Below are positions 18,830 through 28,667 of a DNA stretch of 35,199 nt, in pieces. The stretch's first letter is position 1; each line of letters begins with the position of its first letter. Made by a program: the position numbers and the translations under genes. This DNA is from Smithella sp. UBA2180. GTDB taxonomy: Bacteria > Desulfobacterota > Syntrophia > Syntrophales > Smithellaceae. The stretch spans positions 1-35,199 of the forward strand of contig DCVU01000114.1 of NCBI GenBank assembly GCA_002327415.1, written 5' to 3'. The notes under the pieces were generated by a model. The model saw only the letters and a program-made list of their open reading frames with translations. It did not search any database and had not been told where the DNA came from.

Positions 18830-18977
18830 ATCAGTTATTAACTTTGGAATTTATTGTTGAATCAATTGATTAAATGGACATTAACATAGGCCAATTAATG
18901 AGTCAAGAAACGTAAATATTTTTTTCAGGTAATTTTTTAGATTCGTCCGGTTTAAGTATACTTTTACAGGAAATGTC

Positions 18978-19006
18978 TTGATATATAAATTCCAATTAGC
19001 TAGTAT
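18978..19006 (+). promoter_or_regulatory. Candidate promoter for comM (TTGATA-N17-TAGTAT)
   Basis: TTGATA lies at 18978-18983 and TAGTAT at 19001-19006, 32 nt upstream of the ATG at 19038. Confidence 0.3.
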
Positions 19007-19037
19007 CTCAACAAATTTCATTTAAAGAAGGCGTGCG

Positions 19038-20567
19038 ATGTTCGTTAAAGTAATCAGCATGAGCGTCATTGGCATGGAGTCCTATCCGGTATATGTGGAA
19101 GTGGACACATCACAGGGTCTGCCTCAATTTGCCACGGTCGGTCTGCCTGATGCTTCGGTCAAGGAAAGCAGAGACCGGATCAAGGCCGCCATCAAAAATT
19201 CCGGTTATCGTTTCCCCCGCAGTCATGTAACCGTCAACTTAGCTCCCGCAGATGTTAAAAAAGAAGGGACGGGTTTTGACCTTCCCATTGCTGTGGGCAT
19301 TCTGGCCGCGGAAGAATTAATTAAAGAAGCCGCTTTAAAGGGTTGTTTTTTTATTGGAGAACTGTCTCTCGACGGCAGCATCAAAGGCGTAAGCGGTGTC
19401 TTGCCCGCTACTTTTAAAGCAAAAGAAATGGGCATCAAATCGGTTTTTGTTCCCGAAGATAATGCCGCAGAAGCTGCTATGGTGGAAGGGATTAACGTCT
19501 ATCCGGTGAAAACTCTGCCGGATGTTGTGGAATTTTTAGCCGGCCGGAGTAACATCGAACCTCTTTGTTTGGATATAAATAAAATTTTTCAAAAAACACG
19601 TGAATATGACGTCGATTTCAATGAAATAAAAGGTCAGAAACAAGCAATGAGAGCGCTGGAAATTGCGGCGGCAGGCGGCCATAATGTATTAATGATCGGT
19701 CCGCCCGGTTCCGGAAAAAGTATGCTGGCAAAAAGACTTCCGACTATTTTACCCGATCTTTCCTTTGATGAGGCTATCGAAGTAACCAAAGTATTCTCCA
19801 TAGCCGGCTCTTTGAATAAAAAAGAAATGTTAATCGCTGTGCGGCCTTTTCGTTCGCCGCATCACACGATATCCGATGCCGGTCTTGTTGGCGGCGGCCA
19901 GACACCTCGTCCGGGAGAAATAAGCCTTGCCCATATGGGGGTTCTTTTTTTAGATGAACTTCCTGAGTTCAAGAAAAACGCGCTGGAAGCCCTCCGACAG
20001 CCGCTGGAAGATGGCACCATAACAATTACACGTTCTTTAGTAACGGCTTCTTTTCCCGCGAAATTTATGCTGGTGGCGGCAATGAATCCCTGCCCCTGCG
20101 GTTATTTTGGCGACCGTGTGCATACATGCCGATGCAGTCCGCAGCAGATTCGTCAGTATCAATCCAAAATATCAGGACCGTTATTGGATCGAATAGATTT
20201 ACATATTGAGGTGCCTTCAGTTAAATACCGGGCTCTGTCCGGTAAAGAATTGGGAGAATCTTCAGCAACAATTAGAGATCGCGTAAACAAAGCACGTGAT
20301 CTGCAAAAAAAGCGTTTTGGCCATAAAGGCATTCTTTGTAATGCCCAAATGACGGAAAAACAAATACGGAATTTTTGTCCTATAAGCGAAGAATCGCATA
20401 AACTGATAGAAATGGCCATTGAAAAACTGGGATTAAGCGCCAGGGCGGTAAACCGGATATTAAAATTATCCCGGACCATCGCTGATCTGGAAAACAAGGA
20501 AAATATTGAACCTGCTCATGTTGCCGAAGCAATTCAGTACCGAAGTCTTGATAGAAGTTTAATTTAG
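19038..20567 (+). CDS. comM: YifB/ComM-family Mg-chelatase-like AAA+ ATPase
   Basis: The 509 aa protein has an N-terminal Lon-protease-like domain (VEVD...[13 protein letters not shown]) and a Walker A motif (GPPGSGKSM). It also has LFLDELPEF, the zinc cluster CPCGY..C.C, and the C-terminal tail [10 protein letters not shown]. Confidence 0.93.
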   Translation: MFVKVISMSVIGMESYPVYVEVDTSQGLPQFATVGLPDASVKESRDRIKAAIKNSGYRFPRSHVTVNLAPADVKKEGTGFDLPIAVGILAAEELIKEAALKGCFFIGELSLDGSIKGVSGVLPATFKAKEMGIKSVFVPEDNAAEAAMVEGINVYPVKTLPDVVEFLAGRSNIEPLCLDINKIFQKTREYDVDFNEIKGQKQAMRALEIAAAGGHNVLMIGPPGSGKSMLAKRLPTILPDLSFDEAIEVTKVFSIAGSLNKKEMLIAVRPFRSPHHTISDAGLVGGGQTPRPGEISLAHMGVLFLDELPEFKKNALEALRQPLEDGTITITRSLVTASFPAKFMLVAAMNPCPCGYFGDRVHTCRCSPQQIRQYQSKISGPLLDRIDLHIEVPSVKYRALSGKELGESSATIRDRVNKARDLQKKRFGHKGILCNAQMTEKQIRNFCPISEESHKLIEMAIEKLGLSARAVNRILKLSRTIADLENKENIEPAHVAEAIQYRSLDRSLI

Positions 20568-20657
20568 TGCTATGTCAAAGAAAAATTTTAATACCAGACC
20601 GATTTGCGGATAGTAAAAGAATATAACTGAGGCTAGAGCCTGGTGAGAGAGGCATTT

Positions 20658-21755
20658 ATGGAAATTAAAATAAGGAAAACACCAACTAAAGAAAGAAAAG
20701 CTAAACCACGTGATGAGTCCAAGCTTGGTTTTGGCAAGGTGGTTACGGACCACTTTTTCAATATGAAATATAAAGAAGGCAAGGGGTGGTATGATCCGGT
20801 AATTGAGCCATACCGTAAATTACAGTTGGATCCAACGGCGATGTGCCTGCATTACGCGCAGGAAATTTTTGAAGGCCTCAAAGCCTATCGAGGTCAGGAC
20901 GGAGCAATTTATCTCTTCCGTCCGCAGGAAAACATTAAAAGAATGAATTCGTCGGCGGAAAGACTCTGCATGCCGGCCATTGATGAGGATCTTTTCATGG
21001 AAGCCATGAAAAAACTGATCATTATGGAAAAAGACTGGATTCCTAAGGGAGTCGGAACTTCCATGTATATCCGTCCGACGATGATTGCGACGGAAGCGGC
21101 CCTCGGAGTGCATCCCGCCAATGAGTATCTCTTCTTTATCGTCGTGGGGCCGGTAGGCGCTTATTATCCGCAGGGATTCTCTCCTACCAAAATGTATGTG
21201 TCGGAGGAATACTCTCGCGCGGTGCGCGGGGGTATTGGCCATATTAAGGCAGCCGGTAATTATGCCGCCAGTCTTTACGCCAGTAGAATTGCTACGAATA
21301 TGGGTTACACGCAGGTTCTGTGGCTGGATTCCTCCGAGAAAAGGTATGTGGAAGAGGTCGGCACCAGCAATATCTTTTTCCTGATCGGCGATGAATTAGT
21401 CACGCCTCATCTGGGTGGATCAATTTTACCGGGCGTCACGCGAAATTCGGTTATTGCTTTGGCGAAACATCTAGGAACCAAAGTTGTCGAAAGACAGATA
21501 TCTATTGGTGAAGTTATAACTGCTTCGCAGAACGGTTTGTTGAAAGAAGCTTTTGCTTCCGGAACGGCGGCTATAGTTTCGCCGGTGGGTCATATTCATT
21601 TCCGCGGTAAGGAATATGCCATCAACGGCGGCAAGACCGGAGCGCTGGCAGAAAAACTTTATAATGAAATCCTGCAAATTCAGTATGGATTGAAGACTGA
21701 TCCTTTCGGATGGCGCGTCAAAATATTTGATGGGAAAAACATTCCCAAGAAGTAA
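20658..21755 (+). CDS. ilvE: Branched-chain amino acid aminotransferase
   Basis: The motifs LHYAQEIFEGLKAYR, RP...RM..SA.RL, YIRP and EEVGTSNIFF mark a fold-type IV BCAT. The ATG at 20658 has GAGAGG upstream. The ORF track starts at GTG 20643. Confidence 0.93.
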   Translation: MEIKIRKTPTKERKAKPRDESKLGFGKVVTDHFFNMKYKEGKGWYDPVIEPYRKLQLDPTAMCLHYAQEIFEGLKAYRGQDGAIYLFRPQENIKRMNSSAERLCMPAIDEDLFMEAMKKLIIMEKDWIPKGVGTSMYIRPTMIATEAALGVHPANEYLFFIVVGPVGAYYPQGFSPTKMYVSEEYSRAVRGGIGHIKAAGNYAASLYASRIATNMGYTQVLWLDSSEKRYVEEVGTSNIFFLIGDELVTPHLGGSILPGVTRNSVIALAKHLGTKVVERQISIGEVITASQNGLLKEAFASGTAAIVSPVGHIHFRGKEYAINGGKTGALAEKLYNEILQIQYGLKTDPFGWRVKIFDGKNIPKK

Positions 21756-22029
21756 ATTATTATTTTTCTTCTTTGATACAGGCATTTGGGTTTGTATTCC
21801 ACAACACTGTGGAAATGGTTGTTGATAACTTTGTTGATAATCCCTGTAAGTGCGTAATTGTTACGATTTTACACCAGATTGCACAAAGTTTGGGCAATTA
21901 AAATATTCAATATAATCAATAACTTATTAATAGAGCCTTATATCATCGTTACTTATGGAGCATGGATAAGGGCAGATATAAACTTCCCGGGGGAAAATAT
22001 GCCATCAATGGCTGGTTTTTTATAAAAAA

Positions 22030-22731
22030 ATGATAAAAAAATTTTTCAAAACAAATGAGCTATTTACGGCAACAAAGATTGTTCTTTTCCTTATTCTATC
22101 GCTGCTGGCTCTGCCTTGTTGTGCTTTTTCCGAAGAACTTCCAACCGTTGGCGATATCGCGCAAAAGTTTCAGAGCACTTATGAGAAAACAAAAGACCTG
22201 AAAGCTAATTTCATTCAGGAAGCAACATTAACATCAGTCAAGAAAACTCAAAGGGAAGAAGGCCGCGTTTATTTTAAGAATCCGAAGAATATGCTCTGGG
22301 AATACTCCAATCCCAAAGGTAAAAAACTGGTGATTAACAGTAAAACCGCGTGGCTCTACCTTGCCAAGGAAAAGGTTGCTTATAAGCAGAAGTCGGAAAG
22401 TGTTTTCCAATCGAAGTTTTTAATAAACTTTTTTGCCGGATCGGGGAAAATGCAAGATGATTTTGTAATAAAGCATGCCGAACCCAAAGCTATCGACAAA
22501 GACGGCAATTATTTACTTATGTTGATTCCCAGGGAAAAGACGGCTGCCTGCAATTCGGTTATGCTTACCGTTGACAAAAACAATTTTTATATTTTGCAGG
22601 TAAGCTTCGATGATGTTATGGGCAATTCTACCACGCTGAAATTTTCCAATATTTTCATAAATACTGGAGTGGCGCAAAAAATGTTCCAGTTCCAGCCGCC
22701 GGCGGGGGTACAAATTTTCGAAATGCCATAA
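22030..22731 (+). CDS. lolA: Outer-membrane lipoprotein carrier protein LolA-like
   Basis: The 233 aa protein has a signal peptide (LILSLLALPCCAFS) and F.Q........EEGRVYFK.P..MLWEY, typical of the LolA fold family. Confidence 0.7.
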   Translation: MIKKFFKTNELFTATKIVLFLILSLLALPCCAFSEELPTVGDIAQKFQSTYEKTKDLKANFIQEATLTSVKKTQREEGRVYFKNPKNMLWEYSNPKGKKLVINSKTAWLYLAKEKVAYKQKSESVFQSKFLINFFAGSGKMQDDFVIKHAEPKAIDKDGNYLLMLIPREKTAACNSVMLTVDKNNFYILQVSFDDVMGNSTTLKFSNIFINTGVAQKMFQFQPPAGVQIFEMP

Positions 22732-22735
22732 TTAT

Positions 22736-22901
22736 GGGGCTGTTGAAAAAAGTCCATACCCTAAAGGGCACCATGGTCTGCGGCGTTGCGCTGCAAACCG
22801 CACCGCTCAACGTATGTATAATACGCCTCGCGGTTCAGTTTTTGCCCGCCTTGCATCTGAACATCCCGTATCAAGTACGGGACAAGCTTTTGAACAGCCC
22901 C
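22736..22901. mobile_element. MITE-like, non-coding 166-bp element with imperfect terminal inverted repeats
   Basis: The left end is GGGGCTGTTGAAAAAAGTCC (22736-22755). The right end is GGACAAGCTTTTGAACAGCCCC (22880-22901), whose reverse complement is GGGGCTGTTCAAAAGCTTGTCC. The interior folds back on itself and includes the CCCGTA-N5-TACGGG hairpin at 22865-22881. It starts 4 nt after the lolA stop. Confidence 0.45.
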
Positions 22902-22908
22902 TAAGACT

Positions 22909-22983
22909 GTAGGGTGGATGAAGCGAAGCGCATCCACCGAACGTTCGAATAGGGTGGAACCGCTACACTTGTTCCACCCTACA
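22909..22983. repeat. Two adjacent perfect hairpins, the first with a GCGAAGCGC apex
   Basis: Hairpin 1 is GGTGGATG (22913-22920) / CATCCACC (22931-22938) around AAGCGAAGCG. Hairpin 2 is TAGGGTGGAAC (22950-22960) / GTTCCACCCTA (22971-22981), an 11-bp stem. Confidence 0.55.
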
Positions 22984-23017
22984 AATCTGGAAGAAGAATT
23001 AATTTTATATAGGTCGT

Positions 23018-23770
23018 ATGATGAAGAGATATTATGCCAATCGGAGGGGTCCGACATATTATAAAGAGAAGAGTATTATAGAAAATATTTCTGAAAAGAA
23101 GCTGCCAAATTACATTGAAGATTTAAAGAAAAAATTAAAGGAAGCTCCAGATTATGGAATGATCAAACATGCGCGAACGTTAAAAGCTTTCGATTTAATG
23201 AATATTAATACAAAGATAAAATCCATAACATCTGATCCCAATAATAGACAAATTTTCGGTTTGTTTGAGAAATCAACCCCTGAACTACAAGCCCTCTACC
23301 GAGAAAAATATAGAATAGAAGAAGAACTGAATAAACAGAAGAGTGACTTGGAAATGAACCAATACAGTGAACTGATGACAGGCGACTTGTGGGCTGCACT
23401 CCTAGTAGCAGAAAAAAGACTAGAACAAATTAACAGCAAAAGAAAGAAGGCAGAAGCCTTAAAGCAAAAAACATCTGTCATTGCGGAATATGAAGGAAAA
23501 TCTAGAAAAGTTGCCCGTTCAGTTAAGACTAAACTACCAATGAACCAAACCTGTCCATATTGCGGAAAAGAGATTGGCAAGATGGCACATGCTGATCATA
23601 TTTACCCAATCTCAAAAGGAGGTAGATCGACTATTTCCAATATGGTATACATATGCAACACCTGCAATATCAAAAAAAGTGACATGACGCTCAGAGAGTT
23701 TATATTAGAGTATAAGCTTAATCGAGACATGATCGAGCGAAATCTTGAATCACTGGGAAAAAGTTTTTAA
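23018..23770 (+). CDS. HNH endonuclease with a long uncharacterised coiled-coil N-terminal region
   Basis: The C-terminal sequence is CPYCGKEIGKMAHADHIYPISKGGRSTISNMVYICNTCNIKKSD (nt 23552-23683). It contains CxxC...H-x2-H...N...CxxC, the HNH beta-beta-alpha-metal/zinc module. Residues 1-175 are Lys/Glu-rich and helical, with no family recognised. Confidence 0.8.
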   Translation: MMKRYYANRRGPTYYKEKSIIENISEKKLPNYIEDLKKKLKEAPDYGMIKHARTLKAFDLMNINTKIKSITSDPNNRQIFGLFEKSTPELQALYREKYRIEEELNKQKSDLEMNQYSELMTGDLWAALLVAEKRLEQINSKRKKAEALKQKTSVIAEYEGKSRKVARSVKTKLPMNQTCPYCGKEIGKMAHADHIYPISKGGRSTISNMVYICNTCNIKKSDMTLREFILEYKLNRDMIERNLESLGKSF

Positions 23771-23865
23771 TCTTTCATATATAGATTGATGTCTGCGCTA
23801 AATGTAACATGTAGTGCATAATTTCTATTAATAATCTTCGATAGCAAAAGAAAATGTGACAATTG

Positions 23866-24441
23866 ATGAATGATGAGATTCAAAAAAATGTTAAAGAGTT
23901 GCAGCATGCCATTATTGTTGCAGGATTGAACTATGAAATTTGGTGGACTTATAAAGAAAAAGAAAGTCGTAAGCGTTATGTTGATATTCTAAACAAATAT
24001 CCGCTTTTTTTTCAGACCTCTCTTCATGCTCATTTCGTTGCGATGATAGTTTCACTCTATAGATTATATGAGACAAGAAAAGACACAGTAAACTTACCCC
24101 AGCTTTTGAAAATTCTTAAAAGTCAAGATTCTATTCCAAATCAAGAATTAAAGAAAATAGAATCAGAGATTAAAAAAATAAAACCTTTATGGGTCAAGGT
24201 CTCCGTTCTTAGGAATAAAATGTTTGGACACAGATCAAATGCTCTCAATGATGATGGGATTTGGAAAGAGGCAAAAGTAACACCAAATCAGTTCAAACAG
24301 CTTATTGACGAATCAAAAAGAATTTTGAACGAAATAACATCATTGTGGAATAGAAGTAGTCATGCTTTTAATTTATCATCAACAAAAGATACTGTAAATT
24401 TATTAGAAGATTTGAAACAATTGAATGAATCACAGATATAA
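23866..24441 (+). CDS. HEPN-domain protein, AbiU2-like (putative abortive-infection RNase)
   Basis: The protein is about 191 aa and all-helical. An Rx4-6H motif with a polar residue after the Arg (LRNKMFGHRS, nt 24211-24231) sits in the C-terminal third. It is preceded by the hydrophobic helix FVAMIVSLYRLYE, as I recall for the AbiU2 HEPN clade. The assignment is from memory, not from an HMM. Confidence 0.5.
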   Translation: MNDEIQKNVKELQHAIIVAGLNYEIWWTYKEKESRKRYVDILNKYPLFFQTSLHAHFVAMIVSLYRLYETRKDTVNLPQLLKILKSQDSIPNQELKKIESEIKKIKPLWVKVSVLRNKMFGHRSNALNDDGIWKEAKVTPNQFKQLIDESKRILNEITSLWNRSSHAFNLSSTKDTVNLLEDLKQLNESQI

Positions 24442-24490
24442 AAAGCGCATGACCTGCGCAAACATTGTCCATTCAAGCAGGCCATCTCTA

Positions 24491-25405
24491 TTAGTCGAAG
24501 GGATTATCCCGGTCAAAATCCGGTGTCAGTTCGTAGTCGTTGACTTCCTGAACAAAGATATTATCGAAACCTAACTTCAGTGCATAATCCATAACTTGTT
24601 CGTATTCACTTTTGGTGATTCTGCGACCTAAAATCGGATGATGGCGTACTTTGACAATAGGCGTGTATTGAGACATGAGGCTAAGTTGAACCGACGTGGA
24701 TATTTCTTTTTTGATCAGTCTTAGAACTTCTTTTGAGTTTTCTATTCTACCGGGTAAAACCAAATGGCGAATAATTATTCCTCTCTGAGCAACACCGTTT
24801 TTCAACTCCAGACCGTCGCCGACCTGCTTTACCATTTCTTTTATCGAATCCAGCGCAAAGCGGGGATATTCCGGCGCGAAAGAAAAAATGATGCTGTCTT
24901 CTTCCAGACCGTATTTAAAGTCCGGCAGATAAATATCAACCATGCCGTCGAACAATTTGATAACTGCCGGATGTTCATAGCCGCCGCAATTGTAAACAAA
25001 CGGCACCGTAAGTCCCTGCATACGCGCCATGCACAGAGCCTCCATCACCAGAGGAGCCTGCGGCGTCGGTGTGACCGGCTCAACGTTGTGACAGCCTTTT
25101 TTTTGAAGATCCAGCATGATCTTGGCCAGATCCAATACTGTCAGATGGCGCCCCTCCGCGCTGTGAGAAATCTGATAGTTCTGGCAATAGATGCACCCCA
25201 GATTGCATGAAGAAAGAAAAATTGTTCCGGCGCCTTGCGTTCCTGATAAAGGAGGCTCTTCACCATGATGGGCCAGCGCGCAATCCATGACGATATCGGC
25301 AGGAAGACGGCAATAGCCCAACTCTGTTTTTGTCCGGTCAACCCGGCAGGCGCGCGGGCAAAGCGTGCAGGATTTGTAAATATTAAGCAGTTCCTGAATA
25401 ATCAT
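24491..25405 (-). CDS. Radical SAM protein, PflX-like (COG1313-type putative activase)
   Basis: The protein has a CNLGCIYCQN (CxxxCxxC) cluster motif. An N-terminal extra Cys cluster (CTLCPRACRVDR...GYC) is typical of PflX-like proteins. Confidence 0.8.
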   Translation of the reverse strand: MIIQELLNIYKSCTLCPRACRVDRTKTELGYCRLPADIVMDCALAHHGEEPPLSGTQGAGTIFLSSCNLGCIYCQNYQISHSAEGRHLTVLDLAKIMLDLQKKGCHNVEPVTPTPQAPLVMEALCMARMQGLTVPFVYNCGGYEHPAVIKLFDGMVDIYLPDFKYGLEEDSIIFSFAPEYPRFALDSIKEMVKQVGDGLELKNGVAQRGIIIRHLVLPGRIENSKEVLRLIKKEISTSVQLSLMSQYTPIVKVRHHPILGRRITKSEYEQVMDYALKLGFDNIFVQEVNDYELTPDFDRDNPFD

Positions 25406-25428
25406 ATTTTTAAAAAAAGTTTTAAGAT

Positions 25429-25501
25429 TTAAGTAATTAAGTTTTAAGAAAAAAGAGATTGCGCGAAGCGCCTCAATTATACTTAACCCTTAATTACTTA
25501 A
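25429..25501. repeat. Long intergenic hairpin with a GCGCGAAGCGC apex
   Basis: Perfect 13-bp arms TTAAGTAATTAAG (25429-25441) / CTTAATTACTTAA (25489-25501) are extended by inner pairings (TTAAG/CTTAA, ATTG/CAAT). GCGCGAAGCGC lies at 25461-25471, almost exactly central. The hairpin sits between the patatin stop and the radical-SAM start. Confidence 0.6.
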
Positions 25502-25505
25502 TTAT

Positions 25506-26573
25506 TTAAATCTTCTCCACTATTTCCCTGATCTTTCCGCTTGCCACCAATTCCAGAAATTCTTCGCCCAGCGGCGCGGATAATTCCACGGCTTTATGCC
25601 AGTTTTTAATTCTTGTTTCCTGATCGTTAATGAATGTAACCAAATCGGTGCGGTCGGGCGCTTTTCCGCCCGGGAGATTTTCGATAAAACTCTGCGATGG
25701 TAAAACCATTAAAACATTGCTTAGTGTTTCTGCTTCCGGCACACGCCGAGTAATATTTTTATCAAGCCAACCCGGAATAATCCGTTCCTGATGATGAAAG
25801 AAAAGCACAATTTCATTTTCTTTGGCGGCAAACTGATGCGTTAGATGATAATCAATGAGACCTCCGTCGCGATAGACACCGCGAGGGGCGCCGTAAATAT
25901 CATTCACGCCGTCAATAACGAGAGGAATGGCTCCCGAGGCCAGAACGGCATATTTAAAATTAATCTCGTTTAGTTGTACGTAAATTCCACGGAATTGTGA
26001 TCTAAGGCAAAATGCCGGCGGCTTGGAAGCATTATAAAAAACAACCCTCTGTGCGAATTTATAAATATTTTCCCGGCTGAAATAATTGAATACAAAACAG
26101 GTTGCTAGCCCCAGTTTTTGTAATCCGGTATTTTTAAAAGCGACAAGCCCGCACGCCCGCGCAGTGATTATAACCAGACGATATTTTTTGTTGGCCAGAG
26201 CGAAAGGCAGGGCGTCGTCTTCCAGATAGGCATTGATGATATTGGTAATTTCCTCTAGAGATGTTGCCGGCGTATCTTGTTTTTTATACGTTACGTTTAT
26301 GTAGGCTTCCAGAAGTTTTTGATAGGATTCGACGGCTTGGGGCTGCAGCCAGGCGGCAAAACGAAACGCACCTGCAGAGGCGCCTACCAGTTGAACCGGT
26401 TTTGAACGTCCTAGAAAACCATCCTTGAGGAGAGTCAAATCGAATCCACTGGCAATAAGCCAACGCGGTCCCACCGCCGGTCCGAAGTAAGTTGACACGG
26501 AATCAAAGTTAAATCCGCCGTCTTTAATTATTTGGTAAATATTTTTACCGGCTTTAATTCGTATTTGGCTCAT
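25506..26573 (-). CDS. Patatin-like phospholipase family protein
   Basis: The nucleophile elbow G-x-S-x-G (VGASAGAF) and the catalytic Asp motif (YRDGGLIDY) occur at the usual spacing. The protein is 355 aa. Confidence 0.7.
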   Translation of the reverse strand: MSQIRIKAGKNIYQIIKDGGFNFDSVSTYFGPAVGPRWLIASGFDLTLLKDGFLGRSKPVQLVGASAGAFRFAAWLQPQAVESYQKLLEAYINVTYKKQDTPATSLEEITNIINAYLEDDALPFALANKKYRLVIITARACGLVAFKNTGLQKLGLATCFVFNYFSRENIYKFAQRVVFYNASKPPAFCLRSQFRGIYVQLNEINFKYAVLASGAIPLVIDGVNDIYGAPRGVYRDGGLIDYHLTHQFAAKENEIVLFFHHQERIIPGWLDKNITRRVPEAETLSNVLMVLPSQSFIENLPGGKAPDRTDLVTFINDQETRIKNWHKAVELSAPLGEEFLELVASGKIREIVEKI

Positions 26574-26753
26574 AATTTCTGTTGGGCAAAGGCCTTGACA
26601 CGTAAACGTTTGTTTTGTAGATTAACATTAGTAGTTCTTGCTGTTAAAAACTGAAAACAATTAAGTTCTTCAATGTTTTTGCTATCTGTTCAGGCGAGGA
26701 GTTTTTATCAATAATTAGAGAAAATGCAAGTAAATTTATTTAAGGATTAAGTT

Positions 26754-28010
26754 GTGGATATAAAAGATTCGGTACAACAAATAGCCCGGGACGCAGCGTT
26801 GGCGGCGCGAAAACTTTCCCGCATGACGGAAACGGAAAAAAATAAAGTCCTTTTGCGCATGGCGGATGAACTGGAGATGAATAGTAAATTTCTTCTTACG
26901 GAAAATTCCCAAGACGTAATCAGAGCCAAGAAATCCGGTCTTGCCAAAGCCATGCTGGAACGTCTGACACTGAAGCCGGCCACGATTGAACAGATGGCCA
27001 AAGGATTAAGAGAAGTGGCAGCGTTGCCTGATCCAGTGGGAAAAGTAATTTCCATGTGGCGCAGACCCAACGGGCTATTGGTCGGTAAAATGCGCATTCC
27101 ACTGGGAGTCATCGGTATTATTTATGAGTCGCGTCCCAATGTTACCGTTGATGCCGCCGCTCTTTGTCTCAAGTCCGGCAACGCCGTAATTCTGCGGGGT
27201 GGTTCCGAATCAATCAAATCCAATCTGGCAATTGCTTCCGTCCTGCAGCGAGTATTGCAGGAAACATCAATACCCGCAAACGTGATTCAGGTAATTCCGT
27301 TTACCGATCGTGAAGCTGTATCGGAGATGCTGCAGTTGGATGAGTATATTGATTTAATCATACCACGCGGCGGAGAAGAATTAATTCGCGCCGTAGTCGC
27401 TCAATCCAGAATACCGGTAATCAAACACTATAAAGGAGTCTGCCACGTTTTTGTAGACGCGCATGCAGATATTGACATGGCTATTAATATTTGTTTGAAC
27501 GCCAAAACTCAGCGCCCTGGCGTGTGCAATGCCTTGGAGACAATGCTTGTGCATAAAGATATTGCCGGTAAATTTCTGCCGCTGGCGGCGAATAAATTAA
27601 GAAAAGCCGGGGTTGTTATAAGAGGATGTGAAAAAACAAAATTGATCTTAAAAAAGATTGAAAAAGCCGACGAAAATGATTGGTATGCGGAATATCTCGA
27701 TTTGATCTTGGCTGTAAAGGTTGTAGAAAATATTGATGAAGCTATCGCGCATATTGAGAAATACGGTTCTTTGCATACAGAATCAATAATTACGAATGAC
27801 TATGCCAATTCCCAGCGTTTTTTAAATGAGGTCAATTCTTCAACTGTGCTGGTTAATGCTTCGACGCGTTTCAGCGATGGCTTTGAATTGGGTCTTGGTG
27901 CCGAAATCGGAATATCAACTACAAAACTTCACGCTTTCGGTCCTATGGGGCTGGAGGAATTAACTACAACAAAATTTATAATTTATGGTAACGGGCAGGT
28001 GCGAACATGA
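26754..28010 (+). CDS. proA: Glutamate-5-semialdehyde dehydrogenase (gamma-glutamyl phosphate reductase)
   Basis: The 418 aa protein has [31 protein letters not shown] and HTE.I.T. It uses a GTG start. Confidence 0.95.
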   Translation: MDIKDSVQQIARDAALAARKLSRMTETEKNKVLLRMADELEMNSKFLLTENSQDVIRAKKSGLAKAMLERLTLKPATIEQMAKGLREVAALPDPVGKVISMWRRPNGLLVGKMRIPLGVIGIIYESRPNVTVDAAALCLKSGNAVILRGGSESIKSNLAIASVLQRVLQETSIPANVIQVIPFTDREAVSEMLQLDEYIDLIIPRGGEELIRAVVAQSRIPVIKHYKGVCHVFVDAHADIDMAINICLNAKTQRPGVCNALETMLVHKDIAGKFLPLAANKLRKAGVVIRGCEKTKLILKKIEKADENDWYAEYLDLILAVKVVENIDEAIAHIEKYGSLHTESIITNDYANSQRFLNEVNSSTVLVNASTRFSDGFELGLGAEIGISTTKLHAFGPMGLEELTTTKFIIYGNGQVRT

Positions 28011-28657
28011 GATGGGGACTTTTAGGTGGAACATTTGATCCGATTCATTTCGGTCATTTGCGCGGCGCGGAGGAGATGCTGGAAATTTTTAATTTGAACC
28101 GCATTATTTTTGTTCCTTCATCGCGGCCGCCGCACAAGCTGGAAGCGGAAATAACATCTTTTAATCATCGTGAACAAATGATTCGCCTGGCAATTGAAGA
28201 TAATGTTAATTTTTCTTTTTCTGAAGTGGAGAAATTACGTTCCGGCAAATCTTATTCCGTGGAAACAGTGGAATATATTCTCAACAAATATATGGAAGAT
28301 CTGGAGCTTTACTTCATCGTCGGACAGGACGCTTTTCAGGCGGTAACAACTTGGAAAGACTGGGAGAGACTTCTGCTGTTGTGCCATTTTGCTGTGATGA
28401 CCCGTCCCGGTTATGACGATATGAGTCTCAATGAAATTCTGCCGAAAGAATTCGCCGCGAAATTTACCTACGATAAAAAAATTGATGGATTCAAAGGCCC
28501 GACGGGACATACCATATATTTCCGTCATGTAAGCTTTTTGGACATTTCTTCTTCCCACATGAAAGAAATGATCAAAGAAGGCAAATCTATAAAATATCTC
28601 ACACCGGATAAAGTCCGCCAATATATCATAAAAAATTCTCTCTACAAAAAATCATGA
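28007..28657 (+). CDS. nadD: Nicotinate-nucleotide adenylyltransferase
   Basis: [15 protein letters not shown] (the HxGH motif) and ISSS..R at the C-terminal part are present. It overlaps proA by ATGA, which is the conserved proA-nadD synteny. Confidence 0.93.
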   Translation: MRWGLLGGTFDPIHFGHLRGAEEMLEIFNLNRIIFVPSSRPPHKLEAEITSFNHREQMIRLAIEDNVNFSFSEVEKLRSGKSYSVETVEYILNKYMEDLELYFIVGQDAFQAVTTWKDWERLLLLCHFAVMTRPGYDDMSLNEILPKEFAAKFTYDKKIDGFKGPTGHTIYFRHVSFLDISSSHMKEMIKEGKSIKYLTPDKVRQYIIKNSLYKKS

Positions 28658-28667
28658 GGGAAAATAT

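Noticed and set aside
22761-23057. 98 aa minus-strand ORF between lolA and the HNH gene
   Set aside because: It is composed entirely of the MITE-like element and hairpin repeats read through in frame, and it overlaps the HNH start. It is a repeat artefact.
24491-26573. Patatin-like phospholipase plus radical-SAM gene as a defence (CBASS-like) effector pair
   Set aside because: No cyclase, nucleotidyltransferase or sensor gene is adjacent. The two genes are separated by a strong hairpin, their GC looks native, and PflX-like radical-SAM proteins are common housekeeping-type genes. There is no sequence support for a system.
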